A stretch of 64,000 nt of DNA from a virus. The notes below the pieces were generated by a model. The model was not told the DNA's origin. It saw only the letters and a program-made list of their open reading frames with translations, and searched no databases. Positions within the stretch are counted from its first letter, which is position 1. Every line of letters begins with the position of its first letter. A program made the translations under genes and the position numbers. The DNA lies in IMG/VR virus record IMGVR_UViG_3300005529_000030, positions 8,597 to 72,596 of that record; one strand, written 5' to 3'. Positions 46,290-56,673 of the stretch are shown here, in pieces.

Positions 46290-46841
46290 TTAGATATTAT
46301 ATCTACCATCGTGCACAATTAATACGCCGTGTAAAAATACAGCTTTATAACCTTCAGGTATTGTAATAGCCGCATCGGGTCCTTCGTATCCATTGCATCG
46401 GTCAGGTTTCACGTCGTCTATCACAATTAAAGAATCGGGCCGTTCCTCAGTAATGATTTTCAATTCCTCGTTTATTTGGTCTCCGTCGTTTTCGGTTGTT
46501 CCGCCTGTTATATGAGCATCTAGCCAAAATAGCAGAGGTCCTGAGGGAACATTTGATAATACGCCTCTTAAAATACGCCGACTAGAACCATGATACAATT
46601 TAACATGTCTGTCTTCCGCAAACCGTCTCACAACACTATCATATATGGATTTTTGAATCTCAATACTGTGTATCTCAGAAAAGCAATGTTTAACCGCATT
46701 AATTGTGCCGCCATAACACGTTCCAGTTTCCACTAGAATCTGAAGATTGAATCTTTCCCCCAATTCTATAAGTAGAGCGTGCTTCCACTCAGCTTGCGGG
46801 GATAAAAACGACACAAATTTAGGATTATTCAAATCAATCAT
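46290..46841 (-). CDS. Class I SAM-dependent methyltransferase-like protein
   Basis: VETGT.YGGT, SIEI, GSS, FWLDAH, IVIDD. Confidence 0.75.
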   Translation of the reverse strand: MIDLNNPKFVSFLSPQAEWKHALLIELGERFNLQILVETGTCYGGTINAVKHCFSEIHSIEIQKSIYDSVVRRFAEDRHVKLYHGSSRRILRGVLSNVPSGPLLFWLDAHITGGTTENDGDQINEELKIITEERPDSLIVIDDVKPDRCNGYEGPDAAITIPEGYKAVFLHGVLIVHDGRYNI

Positions 46842-47686
46842 AGTTTAATCCACCTTTCAGGAATTATATCTTTTGGATTTTCTGGCGCATTTAAGAACCA
46901 TTGGGACGGGGCACAAATAATTCCTTTTTGTCTGATTTCTCCGAGCCATGCGCCCCACCAAGCAAATGTAGAATTAGCTATAATGTGATGCCTACACCAA
47001 GACATTAAATTAATGTCTAAATGTTCAGTGCCTAAATGTTCCGGCGTTGTTTGGTCAAAGCTACCCATGATTTCAAACGGAACATCGGGAATAATATTCG
47101 TAAAATTTTGTTCGCACCATTTCGGTTCGTCAGAGAACACGAAAAACGTAGGATTTTCGGCATTTATAAATTTGGCTGCTGTCCTGTAGTATTCGGCGGG
47201 TAAGACGCCGTGAAAATCAGATTTCAAATAATCCGTGCGGCGTATGCAAACTGCGATGCTGTTTTCAACGCTTTTTATTCGGTTTAGCCTGTGATAATAA
47301 TCTCCTTGTATAGAAACATCAGTAAAAATTGAAAACAAATCTTGCTTTATGTCCCCAAAAGGAACGGACGAACCGAGCGCATCCCAAGAAAAATACTTTT
47401 CGGTTTGCCAATATCCGCTTAAAATTTCGTCGCACTTTATGGAATCAACTATGGCTTTATTATACGGCATGCCCGATTCGGAAATTGTGGCCTTCACGTA
47501 TCCTATTACCGTTTTTTCATTCACTCGTGGAAACAAATTAAGATTGAAACGCCTTAAAGAATCTCCCACAAATGATGAAATATCCAACAATAAATCAGTC
47601 TGCCACCTTTTTGCTTGGGCCAATCCCATAGCATATTGGAACATTTGATTTCCAATGCCGCCCCGCAGTCTAGTTACTATTGTCAT
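46838..47686 (-). CDS. Alpha-1,2-fucosyltransferase family (GT11)
   Basis: GGIGNQMFQYA, GYWQ.EKYF, IRRTDY, FSDE, IIANSTFAWWGAWL. Confidence 0.9.
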   Translation of the reverse strand: MTIVTRLRGGIGNQMFQYAMGLAQAKRWQTDLLLDISSFVGDSLRRFNLNLFPRVNEKTVIGYVKATISESGMPYNKAIVDSIKCDEILSGYWQTEKYFSWDALGSSVPFGDIKQDLFSIFTDVSIQGDYYHRLNRIKSVENSIAVCIRRTDYLKSDFHGVLPAEYYRTAAKFINAENPTFFVFSDEPKWCEQNFTNIIPDVPFEIMGSFDQTTPEHLGTEHLDINLMSWCRHHIIANSTFAWWGAWLGEIRQKGIICAPSQWFLNAPENPKDIIPERWIKL

Positions 47687-48356
47687 TATCTTCCTTATAC
47701 ATTAAATCTGGATTCCCCAAGCGAAAACTTCGGTACATCATTTCAGGACAATAAAATCTGTATTTCCGCGTTCTCTTAAAATGCCAAGCGGAATAATTTT
47801 CTAATTTGGGAAGATGAGCCGCCGTCATTCTTCCCGATTGTATCTCAGGACCTAGAACTTGGCCTACCCATAAATCTTCCGCCCAAACATCGGGAGTTTT
47901 CTTCGCTATAAATTGCGCTGCTTTTTTAGACAAAAAATATCCGACTCCACCACTAGCCCAAGGATGGCAATTTGGATAATATCCTATATGGTCTCTATAA
48001 TCTTTTGTCTGCCCTATGGGGCAGTGTCTATCCATTGAACCCGAATAGTCATACCTATCATAATCCAAGGACATTAATCGTGTTGGTATTATAAAAGTGT
48101 CGTTATCACAGAGATAAATATATTCAAATCTATCTCCCGCCCATTCTAAAATTTTCTTTGTCTTGAGCGGCAAACTAAGATAATCGTCAGGACAATCAAG
48201 CAGAACCTCATCGGAAGAGGGAACCACCCCCGTTAAACCACCCATAAAAAATACCATTCGGGATACTTGTTTGCCCCAAGTATCCCTGATAGCTTGATGG
48301 TACGATTGATGCTGTTGACAGCTTTTAACGGCTATCAACATGTGTTCAACGGCCAT
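47670..48356 (-). CDS. GT31 (beta-1,3-galactosyltransferase/fringe-like) glycosyltransferase
   Basis: AIRDTWG, DDY..LP.KT, LCDNDTF, ASGGVGY.LS, AEDLWVG. Confidence 0.85.
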   Translation of the reverse strand: MAVEHMLIAVKSCQQHQSYHQAIRDTWGKQVSRMVFFMGGLTGVVPSSDEVLLDCPDDYLSLPLKTKKILEWAGDRFEYIYLCDNDTFIIPTRLMSLDYDRYDYSGSMDRHCPIGQTKDYRDHIGYYPNCHPWASGGVGYFLSKKAAQFIAKKTPDVWAEDLWVGQVLGPEIQSGRMTAAHLPKLENYSAWHFKRTRKYRFYCPEMMYRSFRLGNPDLMYKEDNDNSN

Positions 48357-49181
48357 AACTAATTCCATCAATTACAGCGCGGCCTTCCGAAATCGGTAGT
48401 ACGAATCCAGCGGCATTTTTATGCCCGCCGCCACCAAACTGTCTTGCAATTTCGCTAACGTCTAAATCTCCCCTGCTTCTCAATGAAAATTGAATTTTAT
48501 TGTCGGCCCGTTCAAACCAAGTCAAACTTAATCCCGTCTCTTCAGTTAATTTTTCTCCTACTTCACTGCAATTTATATAAGGGACATTCAGAATCATCAA
48601 ATCTAGTTCGTTTTCTCCGACCTTAATTTTTCCTCGCTTAGATTGTTTTGCTACATCATTAACATAATGTTCTATTTGTAAAGTTATGTATCTTCCTATA
48701 AAAATTGCTTGTTCCTCGTCGTATTTTACAAGACGGTCCCAAGCTTCCAACGAGCGCGGAAATGTCATAATAAAAGCATTTACATATCGTGAATACGGAA
48801 GTTTCCATCTCCACAAATCTCTGTCTTCGACATAATTCACCCACCAAGGGCGCGGCCCATTAAAAAATAATCCCAAGTAATTCCGACTCCGCTCTTATTC
48901 ATGTCAAAAACAGCATACGGTTCATTTTCGAGTTCCGCCTGTGCGGTTTTATGGTGGTCAAGAATAAGAAAGCTTTTCGACAATTCGGCTAATTTTCTAT
49001 TTTGTTCTCTTTTTCTCCAAGAAAAATCCACAACTAAAACATCTCTTCCAGAGACTCGATTATACGGAGGCTCCGTACCGTAGTCTAATGGTAATAATTC
49101 CGCTTCGGGATATTTCATTTTCGCCACGTAAGCGGCAGAAAAACCGTCTGGACAGTTATTATGATATATAATTATATCCAT
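48346..49181 (-). CDS. DHH/DHHA1 phosphoesterase split by a -1 frameshift at about 48861-48867
   Basis: YH..CPDG, VVDFS and LDHHK in ORF1; EDRDLW, SLRS and GGGGH.NAAGF in ORF2. Confidence 0.8.
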
Positions 49182-49351
49182 TATTTTGCGTACCTAAATT
49201 TACAAATTTTACTGCTTCTGTGGCGCGTTCCGCAAATTTGACACTTTATCATTTTTCCCAATTCTGGGTGTCTGCCCGAAAAAGAACGAGACCTGATTTC
49301 TTTTAATGCTATATCCGCCACAATCTTCACTTTTGTCTTATCTTCATTCAT
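49181..49351 (-). CDS. 56-aa putative zinc-ribbon protein
   Basis: MNEDKTK...CQICGTRH...C; couples to both neighbouring genes. Confidence 0.5.
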   Translation of the reverse strand: MNEDKTKVKIVADIALKEIRSRSFSGRHPELGKMIKCQICGTRHRSSKICKFRYAK

Positions 49352-49986
49352 ACGGACCTGCCATAATCGTACTTCCGTCCAACCATTGTTGTCAAATCAT
49401 TTTTTGGCTCTAATCTCAATGAAAGAGGAAACGGAGTTTCATCGGGAGATTTTATCCACTCGGCCCATATTCGGTCGAATTCCTTAACATTAATATAATC
49501 AGTCAAAAGTTGGACAAAACACTTTTTGGTGAGAAGATTATACTCTTCCCATCTCTCTCTTGCCGCGTTTTGGCCGCCACCGTAAAGTCCCAACGCTCTG
49601 AGAATGTGCTTAGCTTCTATAGTTGGAGACTTCTTGACTTTAACCGTAGTTATGTTTCTTTTTCCATCTCGTGAAATTGTGCGTATTATATCGGGGCCAA
49701 AAATCTTAGTAAATTTTTTAACAATGACTCGCCCAGTACCCAAACAATTTTTACAAGATTTTTTGAAACTTTTTCCGTCCAAACAACAATTTAAGCAGAC
49801 AACAATTTTTTCTATTGTCTTTTTAACTTCTGTGTATTTGGCCAAGCCGAGTTTCACTTCTTCAGCGGCTTTTTCCGATGATATACGCTTGCGGCATCGG
49901 CATTTCTCAGGACTTGCAGGCGTATCTTTTTCAAAACCTTTCTTGTGCTGAAAACATGTATGCACAAGTACAGTATCTTTTTCCAT
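49348..49986 (-). CDS. Hypothetical protein with DnaJ-type Zn motif
   Basis: CLNC...CKNCLGTG. Confidence 0.55.
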   Translation of the reverse strand: MEKDTVLVHTCFQHKKGFEKDTPASPEKCRCRKRISSEKAAEEVKLGLAKYTEVKKTIEKIVVCLNCCLDGKSFKKSCKNCLGTGRVIVKKFTKIFGPDIIRTISRDGKRNITTVKVKKSPTIEAKHILRALGLYGGGQNAARERWEEYNLLTKKCFVQLLTDYINVKEFDRIWAEWIKSPDETPFPLSLRLEPKNDLTTMVGRKYDYGRSV

Positions 49987-50040
49987 TTATCCCCAAATAG
50001 CTCCTTTGGACGTAAATTTCGCGCCCCAAAAATTAAATCT

Positions 50041-50424
50041 TCAATAGGCGGACCGTGTAGTTTTGTTACTTTTTATCCACCCATTTAGTCTTTCTAATAT
50101 CCTCTTTACTGCTTTTCTTGACATCCCCATTACTTCGGCTGTGGCGGCAGCGGTCAGTCCTACTCGATAATATAAGTAAATGACGCAAACAGTTTTACGG
50201 GCCGCTTTATGCTCACGACGATTAGTATTTAATCTAGGAAATCGTTTCTGTATTAACTCTTTCACTTTTGTATCGCTTAATACCCAAGTCGGCACCTTCA
50301 TCATTCTTTCTGCATGTTTCGTGGCCCCTCCTACATTAATAATGCTGTGGCCGCCATTTACGAATGAGTCTGCGCCATCTAAAGACGTTCTAAGTTTAGA
50401 AAGAGCCTCTCTTTCTTTAGACAT
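50041..50424 (-). CDS. Putative HTH (sigma region 4-like) regulator
   Basis: IYLYYRVGLT..TAEVMGMS..AVK..L.R. Confidence 0.6.
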   Translation of the reverse strand: MSKEREALSKLRTSLDGADSFVNGGHSIINVGGATKHAERMMKVPTWVLSDTKVKELIQKRFPRLNTNRREHKAARKTVCVIYLYYRVGLTAAATAEVMGMSRKAVKRILERLNGWIKSNKTTRSAY

Positions 50425-50719
50425 CTCTAAAAAACTCCGTTTTTAATTTATTTTGTTCTGTCTTAGAAAGAAATTGAAAAGATTCCCAATCATACCCACA
50501 ATTAACCAAAAACTCAAGAAATTTTTTGATTATAATTTCTTCGTCAATGGATTCTATAAGCTCATCTTCGGCGCACCGCGGCCCAAAAACGGTCTCCCCC
50601 AATACAGAACTATGTGGAGCGTTCCCTGATAATTTTTCGCCTGTAGGGAATACTACAAAAGTGTTCATTTTCATTTTATTGCTAATCCTCTTGAAACAGT
50701 TCGTCAAATGATTGTTCAT
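50417..50719 (-). CDS. Hypothetical protein
   Basis: Operon packing; start uncertain. Confidence 0.4.
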   Translation of the reverse strand: MNNHLTNCFKRISNKMKMNTFVVFPTGEKLSGNAPHSSVLGETVFGPRCAEDELIESIDEEIIIKKFLEFLVNCGYDWESFQFLSKTEQNKLKTEFFRDV

Positions 50720-51818
50720 CTAATTTGACGAAATTATGCTGTTTGAAAACTTCGTCCCCAAGCACGAACGCTCTAAAATATGCGTCATCTCTATCGTTTC
50801 GTGGGTATCTAATTCCAAAAGTTTGTGGCCAATTTCCAGTTTTCCAACAGTTTACAATTTGAACAATCTGTCGAGCCGCGTTTCGGCCCGCATCTTCAGC
50901 GGATTGCTCTGTAACAATTCCCGAATTAAATTGCAGCCGTTGTTTGGTCACGGAAGATTTGGGAACACGAACGGCATTTTTTTCTAGCCAAGCCTGCTGT
51001 TCGTCGGCTTTAACTTTATCCGTTTCCCTGATTAGGAAATCCGCCATAACTAGCCAAACGAAATCGTCATCAATTTTAGCTGTGATGTATTCTTTTCCGA
51101 CTTCCAAATTTCCGAAAGATTCTAAAAGTGTAACATTACTTCCTCGTTTTATCCCCAATGGCGATTTCTTGAACCAAAGGAACGCCACATCCCGAATGCC
51201 TGTTAGCCAAGAATACCTTCTAAGTTGAGAGTCGAAGGCGGCGATTCCTTGCTGCTCGGGAAAATCTACTGCGCTTGTTTTAATGTCAACAATAAGCGGC
51301 CTGACGGCGGCTTGGCACCCATTATCAATAAGAGCGGGATGTTTCGGGTCGGTATAGCATACTATATCAACTTTGCCCGCATCTTCAATTTCTCCGTAAT
51401 TCGGGTCTCCTGGAAAGACTTCTTTTGCATATTCACGTTGGAAAATAGAATTTGCCCCTATCGGTATCGGAAGTTTTGGTTGAACGGCTGAGTACAACCT
51501 AATCATATCCGTTCCAATTTTCAGGCAAGTCTCCCAATTTTTTTCAACATCAGTGTAGGCTATATTTTGGGCATCTTTATATTCAGCCCAACGTCGAGAA
51601 AAATCTTGAACCGCGCCTTCTCCATTATGGCTATGATAAAATTCAATACTTTCTTCTAACGCTCGGCCAAATAAAAATCTAGCCTTATTATCTTTTTCCT
51701 TCCATCCTAAAACTCGGCGTAAATAATATTTGTAGGGGCATTGGTCGAAATCGTTCCCCGCCGAATAACTGTGTTTTTTCCAAGGTACACCTTTTGAATT
51801 AATGTATAAATAAGGCAT
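50682..51818 (-). CDS. PD-(D/E)XK (Cas4/RecB-like) exonuclease
   Basis: HSYS..CP..Y, GKVD, IVDIKTS, QL..Y. Confidence 0.8.
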   Translation of the reverse strand: MPYLYINSKGVPWKKHSYSAGNDFDQCPYKYYLRRVLGWKEKDNKARFLFGRALEESIEFYHSHNGEGAVQDFSRRWAEYKDAQNIAYTDVEKNWETCLKIGTDMIRLYSAVQPKLPIPIGANSIFQREYAKEVFPGDPNYGEIEDAGKVDIVCYTDPKHPALIDNGCQAAVRPLIVDIKTSAVDFPEQQGIAAFDSQLRRYSWLTGIRDVAFLWFKKSPLGIKRGSNVTLLESFGNLEVGKEYITAKIDDDFVWLVMADFLIRETDKVKADEQQAWLEKNAVRVPKSSVTKQRLQFNSGIVTEQSAEDAGRNAARQIVQIVNCWKTGNWPQTFGIRYPRNDRDDAYFRAFVLGDEVFKQHNFVKLDEQSFDELFQED

Positions 51819-53409
51819 TACTCCTCTCTACCGAATCTTCTTCGGGCTCATAAAATTTGAACGGCACATCTTCCAAAAACATGCTTTTACTTCCGCTCCA
51901 ACTTATATGCAAATGCTTGGCGGCGCGACTACAAGCAACGAAGAAAATTCGTTTTTCTTCGGGCAATTCTCCGTTTTTATGGGGCATTATACCCTGTTCC
52001 GCTCCGATAATGAAAACATTATCCCATTCCCGTCCCTTAGCTTGATGGACGGTGGCCAAAGTTAAATCTTTTTCTTTTCGGCTCTTTCTTCCATACGTTA
52101 ACTTTCGTATGTAATTAAGAAATTCGGTCACATTCATGTTTTTCTGAGCCGCTAATTTTACCACGTTATTAAGATTTTCTATGGGGTCGCTATTCATTAA
52201 ATCGCCCGTATCTCTATATCGGTAATACAAATTGTTATCGGCAATAATTTGTCTCAAAGCAGAACTTGCGTCTTGTTGTTGGTTCACCGTCTTAGCCAAA
52301 TTCAATAAAACTTTAACTTCGTTCTGCTCCCAAAAATCTTTTTTGCCTAGATTCTTATATTTTATGTTTCTAGCGGCAGCTATTCTTTGAACGTCAAAAA
52401 GCTGTCTGTTAGTTCGAGCTATGATTACCGAATTTTCAGGGTCCTCTACTGCCTTATCCAATACTCTTCTTATTTCTATGTCGGTATCAGGATATTGTAT
52501 AAGAATTGGGTCTTTGCCTTCATCGTTTTCGGTTATCATATGAGACGCGATACCGTTATCAACCGGAAGAATGAACTTAAAAAACTCTACAAGTCTCTTT
52601 GTGCTTCTATAATTTTTTCCTAGGTACAACGTTTTGGCTCCAGGAAAAAGCCTTGCAAAGTTGCTTAAATTTCCTGATTGGGCCGAACGCCATTCGTAGA
52701 TGCATTGATTTTCGTCTCCTACTACAAGAATGTTGCCATTAAATAATAGTTGCAAGAGCCGAAACTGAAGCACATCCGTATCTTGACATTCATCCACGGA
52801 AATATACTTCTTTTTATTTCGATTTCGCACCTCTTCATTCGTTTCCAAAAGGCGAACCGCTTCTCTAATCAAAGAATCGAAATCCAACCAACCGCGTTCT
52901 CGACACTTTTTTTCATACTCTTCGTAAGCCAACGCCAAATAATACTCACGTCCTACGGCTTCTCGCAGAGCTTGTTCAGGCTCTATTCCGTCTCTTTTCC
53001 ATGAAGATATGGCTGTTTGCAGAGTTCTAAAATTAGTTACTCCTCTTGATTTATAAATATCCACTAACTCGAAAAGCAGTTGATAATCTTCTCCTCTGAC
53101 GGGAATTATTTCATCTGTCATTTGGAATGGAACGAATCTTCTTTCACGCTTCATTAAATCCAACGCATAACTATGAAATGTGCGAAAAATCTGTTCCGCG
53201 TTCACAAGTCCTACACGGTTTACCATTTCCGTGGCTGCCGCATTAGTGAAAGAAAGATTAAGAATATCTTTATGAGATATTCCCTTTGACAACATATTTA
53301 GGTGCCGCTCAACTAAGCAATGAGTTTTTCCTGAGCCAGGGCCTGCTATGACAACCCAAACTCCGTCTATCGCTTCTACAACGGCTTGTTGTTGGACGTT
53401 TAATTTCAT
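51799..53409 (-). CDS. UvrD/PcrA-like SF1 helicase
   Basis: AGPGSGKT, VDECQD, VGDENQ, NYRS, TVHQAKGREW, FVACSRA. Confidence 0.92.
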   Translation of the reverse strand: MKLNVQQQAVVEAIDGVWVVIAGPGSGKTHCLVERHLNMLSKGISHKDILNLSFTNAAATEMVNRVGLVNAEQIFRTFHSYALDLMKRERRFVPFQMTDEIIPVRGEDYQLLFELVDIYKSRGVTNFRTLQTAISSWKRDGIEPEQALREAVGREYYLALAYEEYEKKCRERGWLDFDSLIREAVRLLETNEEVRNRNKKKYISVDECQDTDVLQFRLLQLLFNGNILVVGDENQCIYEWRSAQSGNLSNFARLFPGAKTLYLGKNYRSTKRLVEFFKFILPVDNGIASHMITENDEGKDPILIQYPDTDIEIRRVLDKAVEDPENSVIIARTNRQLFDVQRIAAARNIKYKNLGKKDFWEQNEVKVLLNLAKTVNQQQDASSALRQIIADNNLYYRYRDTGDLMNSDPIENLNNVVKLAAQKNMNVTEFLNYIRKLTYGRKSRKEKDLTLATVHQAKGREWDNVFIIGAEQGIMPHKNGELPEEKRIFFVACSRAAKHLHISWSGSKSMFLEDVPFKFYEPEEDSVERSNALFIH

Positions 53410-54377
53410 AGCCCGACCACACTCTCTATGTATTTGATTGTAGATTCAGTTCCCTCACTTTTAATTTTATTTTCTAGCGCCGACAAAAAACTTTCCCATT
53501 GTTCGGCTGTTAATTCCGATAAATTTTCTACTTCAGGAAACATAGAAGATGCAAATAATCTCATTTTATCCGAATTGCCCATCCCAAGCTTAGGCAAAAA
53601 TCCGTTTGGCTCCAAATAATCATTTATAATCCTAAATAAACGTTGCCGGAAAGGCTTAACTTGTTCTACAGATAATTTAAGATTAGATTTCGGAACGGAC
53701 GGAGGCGGAACGGACGGAGGCGGAATTGGCGGAACAGGAGACGAAACAGAAGACGACTCCATATCCACTATCCGAGGCTTACGTCCGCGTTTTTTGCTTT
53801 CCGTTTTTCTTTCAAATTCCGAATCATCGTGTCGCGTTGCTTTTGCTGGTTCGGAATTAGGGGCTAAAGTGGGTTGAGAAAAATTTGACATTTCACCGAA
53901 TTTAGTCTCGATTGATGATACTGATATACTAGGATTAATTTCGGACTCATCCAAAATTCCAGCGCCAACAAACTGCAAAGTTACTCTGCGGCATGCCCTT
54001 GTTTGTGCCGTCATAATCGCATCGTCTAGGGCTTTTCCGCTGAGGTCTTTAATCCATTTCGCCCCAGTGGATATTTCTTGGCGTCCGTTGCTGTCTTTTG
54101 CCGTGGCGGTAAACACGATAGAGCCGCCCACCACATCATGCGTAAGATTTATGATGTTAATACCTCTGCTGTTCCGTATAATTTCGGTTGCGCCTCTTTT
54201 AGCATAAGCGACTAGACGCTTGGGGCCGTCGCCCTCATCAATATACGCCAACATAACTAAATTAAGTTCTGGCGGCACGCCGATGTAATTACAAACTGCT
54301 TTTATATAATCTTGTCTTTGCTGTTCACTCAAAGCATCAAGGTTATATATGGGAATAAACTCAGGACTGTCTAGCAT
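53406..54377 (-). CDS. Putative single-strand annealing/recombination protein
   Basis: GAGGAG RBS; AIM.AQTRA.RR.TL...G.LDESE pattern; adjacent to exonuclease and helicase. Confidence 0.55.
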   Translation of the reverse strand: MLDSPEFIPIYNLDALSEQQRQDYIKAVCNYIGVPPELNLVMLAYIDEGDGPKRLVAYAKRGATEIIRNSRGINIINLTHDVVGGSIVFTATAKDSNGRQEISTGAKWIKDLSGKALDDAIMTAQTRACRRVTLQFVGAGILDESEINPSISVSSIETKFGEMSNFSQPTLAPNSEPAKATRHDDSEFERKTESKKRGRKPRIVDMESSSVSSPVPPIPPPSVPPPSVPKSNLKLSVEQVKPFRQRLFRIINDYLEPNGFLPKLGMGNSDKMRLFASSMFPEVENLSELTAEQWESFLSALENKIKSEGTESTIKYIESVVGL

Positions 54378-54395
54378 AACGCTCCTCAAAACATA

Positions 54396-54425
54396 ATAAT
54401 ATCATAATGTTAATATTATTGTCAA
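54396..54425 (-). promoter_or_regulatory. Sigma70-like promoter
   Basis: TTGACA, 18-nt spacer ending in TGA, then TATTAT. Confidence 0.5.
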
Positions 54426-54429
54426 GATT

Positions 54430-56670
54430 TTATTTGTGATAAAATGTATCTTCAAAACCTTCAGCGCCTAACGGCAGACTTAGTGCCCAAGATACAGGAC
54501 GACTCATTATTTTTTCCATTTCGGCGGCCCCCGGAGAAAATGGGTCGGCAGAAGTTAAGCTAATGCCTTCGTCATGTACATGACCGATTATATTTAACCC
54601 CTTAGCGTCGAGTTCTAGCAGCTTCTCGGCCAAAACGTCCCTTGCGATAGCTTGTACAATATTTTCAAAAATCTTCCCTCCGTGACTGATTATTAAACCC
54701 CATTGTCCTGTTTGCTGATTTTTTCCGTAATAGGTAAACCCTAATTTATATACATCCACATCTTTAATTTCAAATTTTGTTCCTTCGCCACTTTCATCAA
54801 ACTCAACCGCGATTTCTTTTTTCTTTTTCCACGGCATTTTAACTTCTTGCAAAGACGAGTCAAAATAATGTAAGTATCTACCCGAAGGAAGTTTAATTCT
54901 AAGAATAGGATTTCGGTTTTTTATGGTTAGTTTATCAATTACAATACAGTCATCGGGTCCAAGTTTACGAACTGTCCTACTTCCTTTTAGAACGTCCCGA
55001 ACCGCGTTTTCTAGCAAGTACCATATGCCGCCAGAAAAGCCAATGTTAAGGTCGGGTTGGCCGCCTATTTCCTTATAGGCTTCCCTAAACACTTTCACGA
55101 CTTGTTGGGCCTGCTCTTTGGTCATATCAACGCCCATATTTTCGGCGTATCCCCAAAGTCCCATCTTAATCACGTCGCCATTTTTATCTTCTCCCCAATC
55201 CCCTCCGCTCAAACGATATACGGCACCCAATACGCCTGGCTTGGCAATTTGCCGCATTTGTTTTGCCTTAGCGGTTCTAGCCTTTCCGTCGGATGTTTGT
55301 CCTTCAGGTGTTTTTGGAAGAATCTTCAAATCATGCCAAATACTATCATATGTCACGTTAAAAATTTTACTTGCGAAATCTATATACGGGTCTCTTTTAT
55401 CTTCAAAAACTTTCAAAAGAGGCGAACATTGAGACACCCATGCAGCCACTCTAGTTTCAATAGCATTAAGGTCGCATACATTAAATCTGTATCCGTCGGG
55501 AGCAGAAAATACCGTTCTAATAAGATTTTTTATCACTAGAAGGGGCGTATGCGACGGAAACTCCTTTAGAAGAGACTCATAGTCGTTGTCGTAAATATAT
55601 TTTCTGGCTTTATTTACGTTGTCTATGTTCTCAAATACCGAATCAGGTCTAGCTAAATTTTGAAGCTGAACAGAATTTCCCGACCATCTTCCGCATCTAG
55701 AACTGCCCATATAGACAAATTGATTTCTTAAAACACCATCCGATGAAACATTTCTAATCATGGATTGCAGTTTTTTATAGGTTGTGCTCCCCGCTTCCAT
55801 TCTTGCCTGCAACACTTTTTCCGCTAACGGCTGTAAATTTGGAGCGCGTTCCTGTTTATTTTTAAGAATAATTTCTATGTTAGATTTTCTGAGATTATTC
55901 AAAGGATAGCCAAGATTTTGCACCCATTTAAGAAGTTGTATAGGCGAATTGGCGTTCTCTAGTCCAGTTAATCTATTTTGTTCTTCGATTTTTTTCTGTT
56001 TATCTTTTTCGGCTATGGAAAAAGCATTGGACACAAAATTCAAATCTAAGGGAATACCTCGGTCGTTTATTTTTTGGTCCAATATCCACACTTCTCTTTC
56101 TTTTTTAGGTAGCGGATAGGCTCCCAACAAAGACTCTCGACGTGCTATCTCTCGTTCCGCTCGTATATCCTGTTTGGCATAATTCTTAAATTCTTCCCAT
56201 TCGTTAGGATGAGTTGTTTTGTCATAAAAAAACACCGCGTCGCTTTTCTTTTTCTTTTTGGGATATGAGAATAGTTCAATCAAGGCTTCTCCGCGCTTAT
56301 TTTTTTGAAGTTCTGCTGGTAGATTTAAAACGATTCCCACGTCTTCCAAGGACGCGGGTAATGATAAATATCTAGCACTGGCTTGGGGGTCTTGGAACCG
56401 AGAAATCGGAATCTCGATTCCAAGAACATACTTCAGAATATACCGTTCAAACGAAGAATTATATGCCACAATATCAACTTTCGGGTCTAACAACATGGAA
56501 CGGAGCCGTTCGGGCATATCTGATGGAGGCTCCCAAATATTCGGTTCTTCATCACCGACAGCCCATGCCAACATTAACACACTAGTACTTTTGTGTGTGG
56601 CATAGTTGTGCAAGCCGACTTCTTCTAAGTCTGCTTCCGATTTAGTCTCGAAGTCAATATATAGGCACAT
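54430..56670 (-). CDS. polA: Family A DNA polymerase
   Basis: Exo IDFET; GRWSG..QLQNL; motif A DLNAIE.R; motif B RQIAK..LG..Y; motif C HVHDE. Confidence 0.92.
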   Translation of the reverse strand: MCLYIDFETKSEADLEEVGLHNYATHKSTSVLMLAWAVGDEEPNIWEPPSDMPERLRSMLLDPKVDIVAYNSSFERYILKYVLGIEIPISRFQDPQASARYLSLPASLEDVGIVLNLPAELQKNKRGEALIELFSYPKKKKKSDAVFFYDKTTHPNEWEEFKNYAKQDIRAEREIARRESLLGAYPLPKKEREVWILDQKINDRGIPLDLNFVSNAFSIAEKDKQKKIEEQNRLTGLENANSPIQLLKWVQNLGYPLNNLRKSNIEIILKNKQERAPNLQPLAEKVLQARMEAGSTTYKKLQSMIRNVSSDGVLRNQFVYMGSSRCGRWSGNSVQLQNLARPDSVFENIDNVNKARKYIYDNDYESLLKEFPSHTPLLVIKNLIRTVFSAPDGYRFNVCDLNAIETRVAAWVSQCSPLLKVFEDKRDPYIDFASKIFNVTYDSIWHDLKILPKTPEGQTSDGKARTAKAKQMRQIAKPGVLGAVYRLSGGDWGEDKNGDVIKMGLWGYAENMGVDMTKEQAQQVVKVFREAYKEIGGQPDLNIGFSGGIWYLLENAVRDVLKGSRTVRKLGPDDCIVIDKLTIKNRNPILRIKLPSGRYLHYFDSSLQEVKMPWKKKKEIAVEFDESGEGTKFEIKDVDVYKLGFTYYGKNQQTGQWGLIISHGGKIFENIVQAIARDVLAEKLLELDAKGLNIIGHVHDEGISLTSADPFSPGAAEMEKIMSRPVSWALSLPLGAEGFEDTFYHK

Positions 56671-56673
56671 TTT

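Noticed and set aside
50682-51818. Cas4-like nuclease as part of a CRISPR-Cas system
   Set aside because: No other cas genes; context is helicase, annealing protein and polymerase, i.e. recombination
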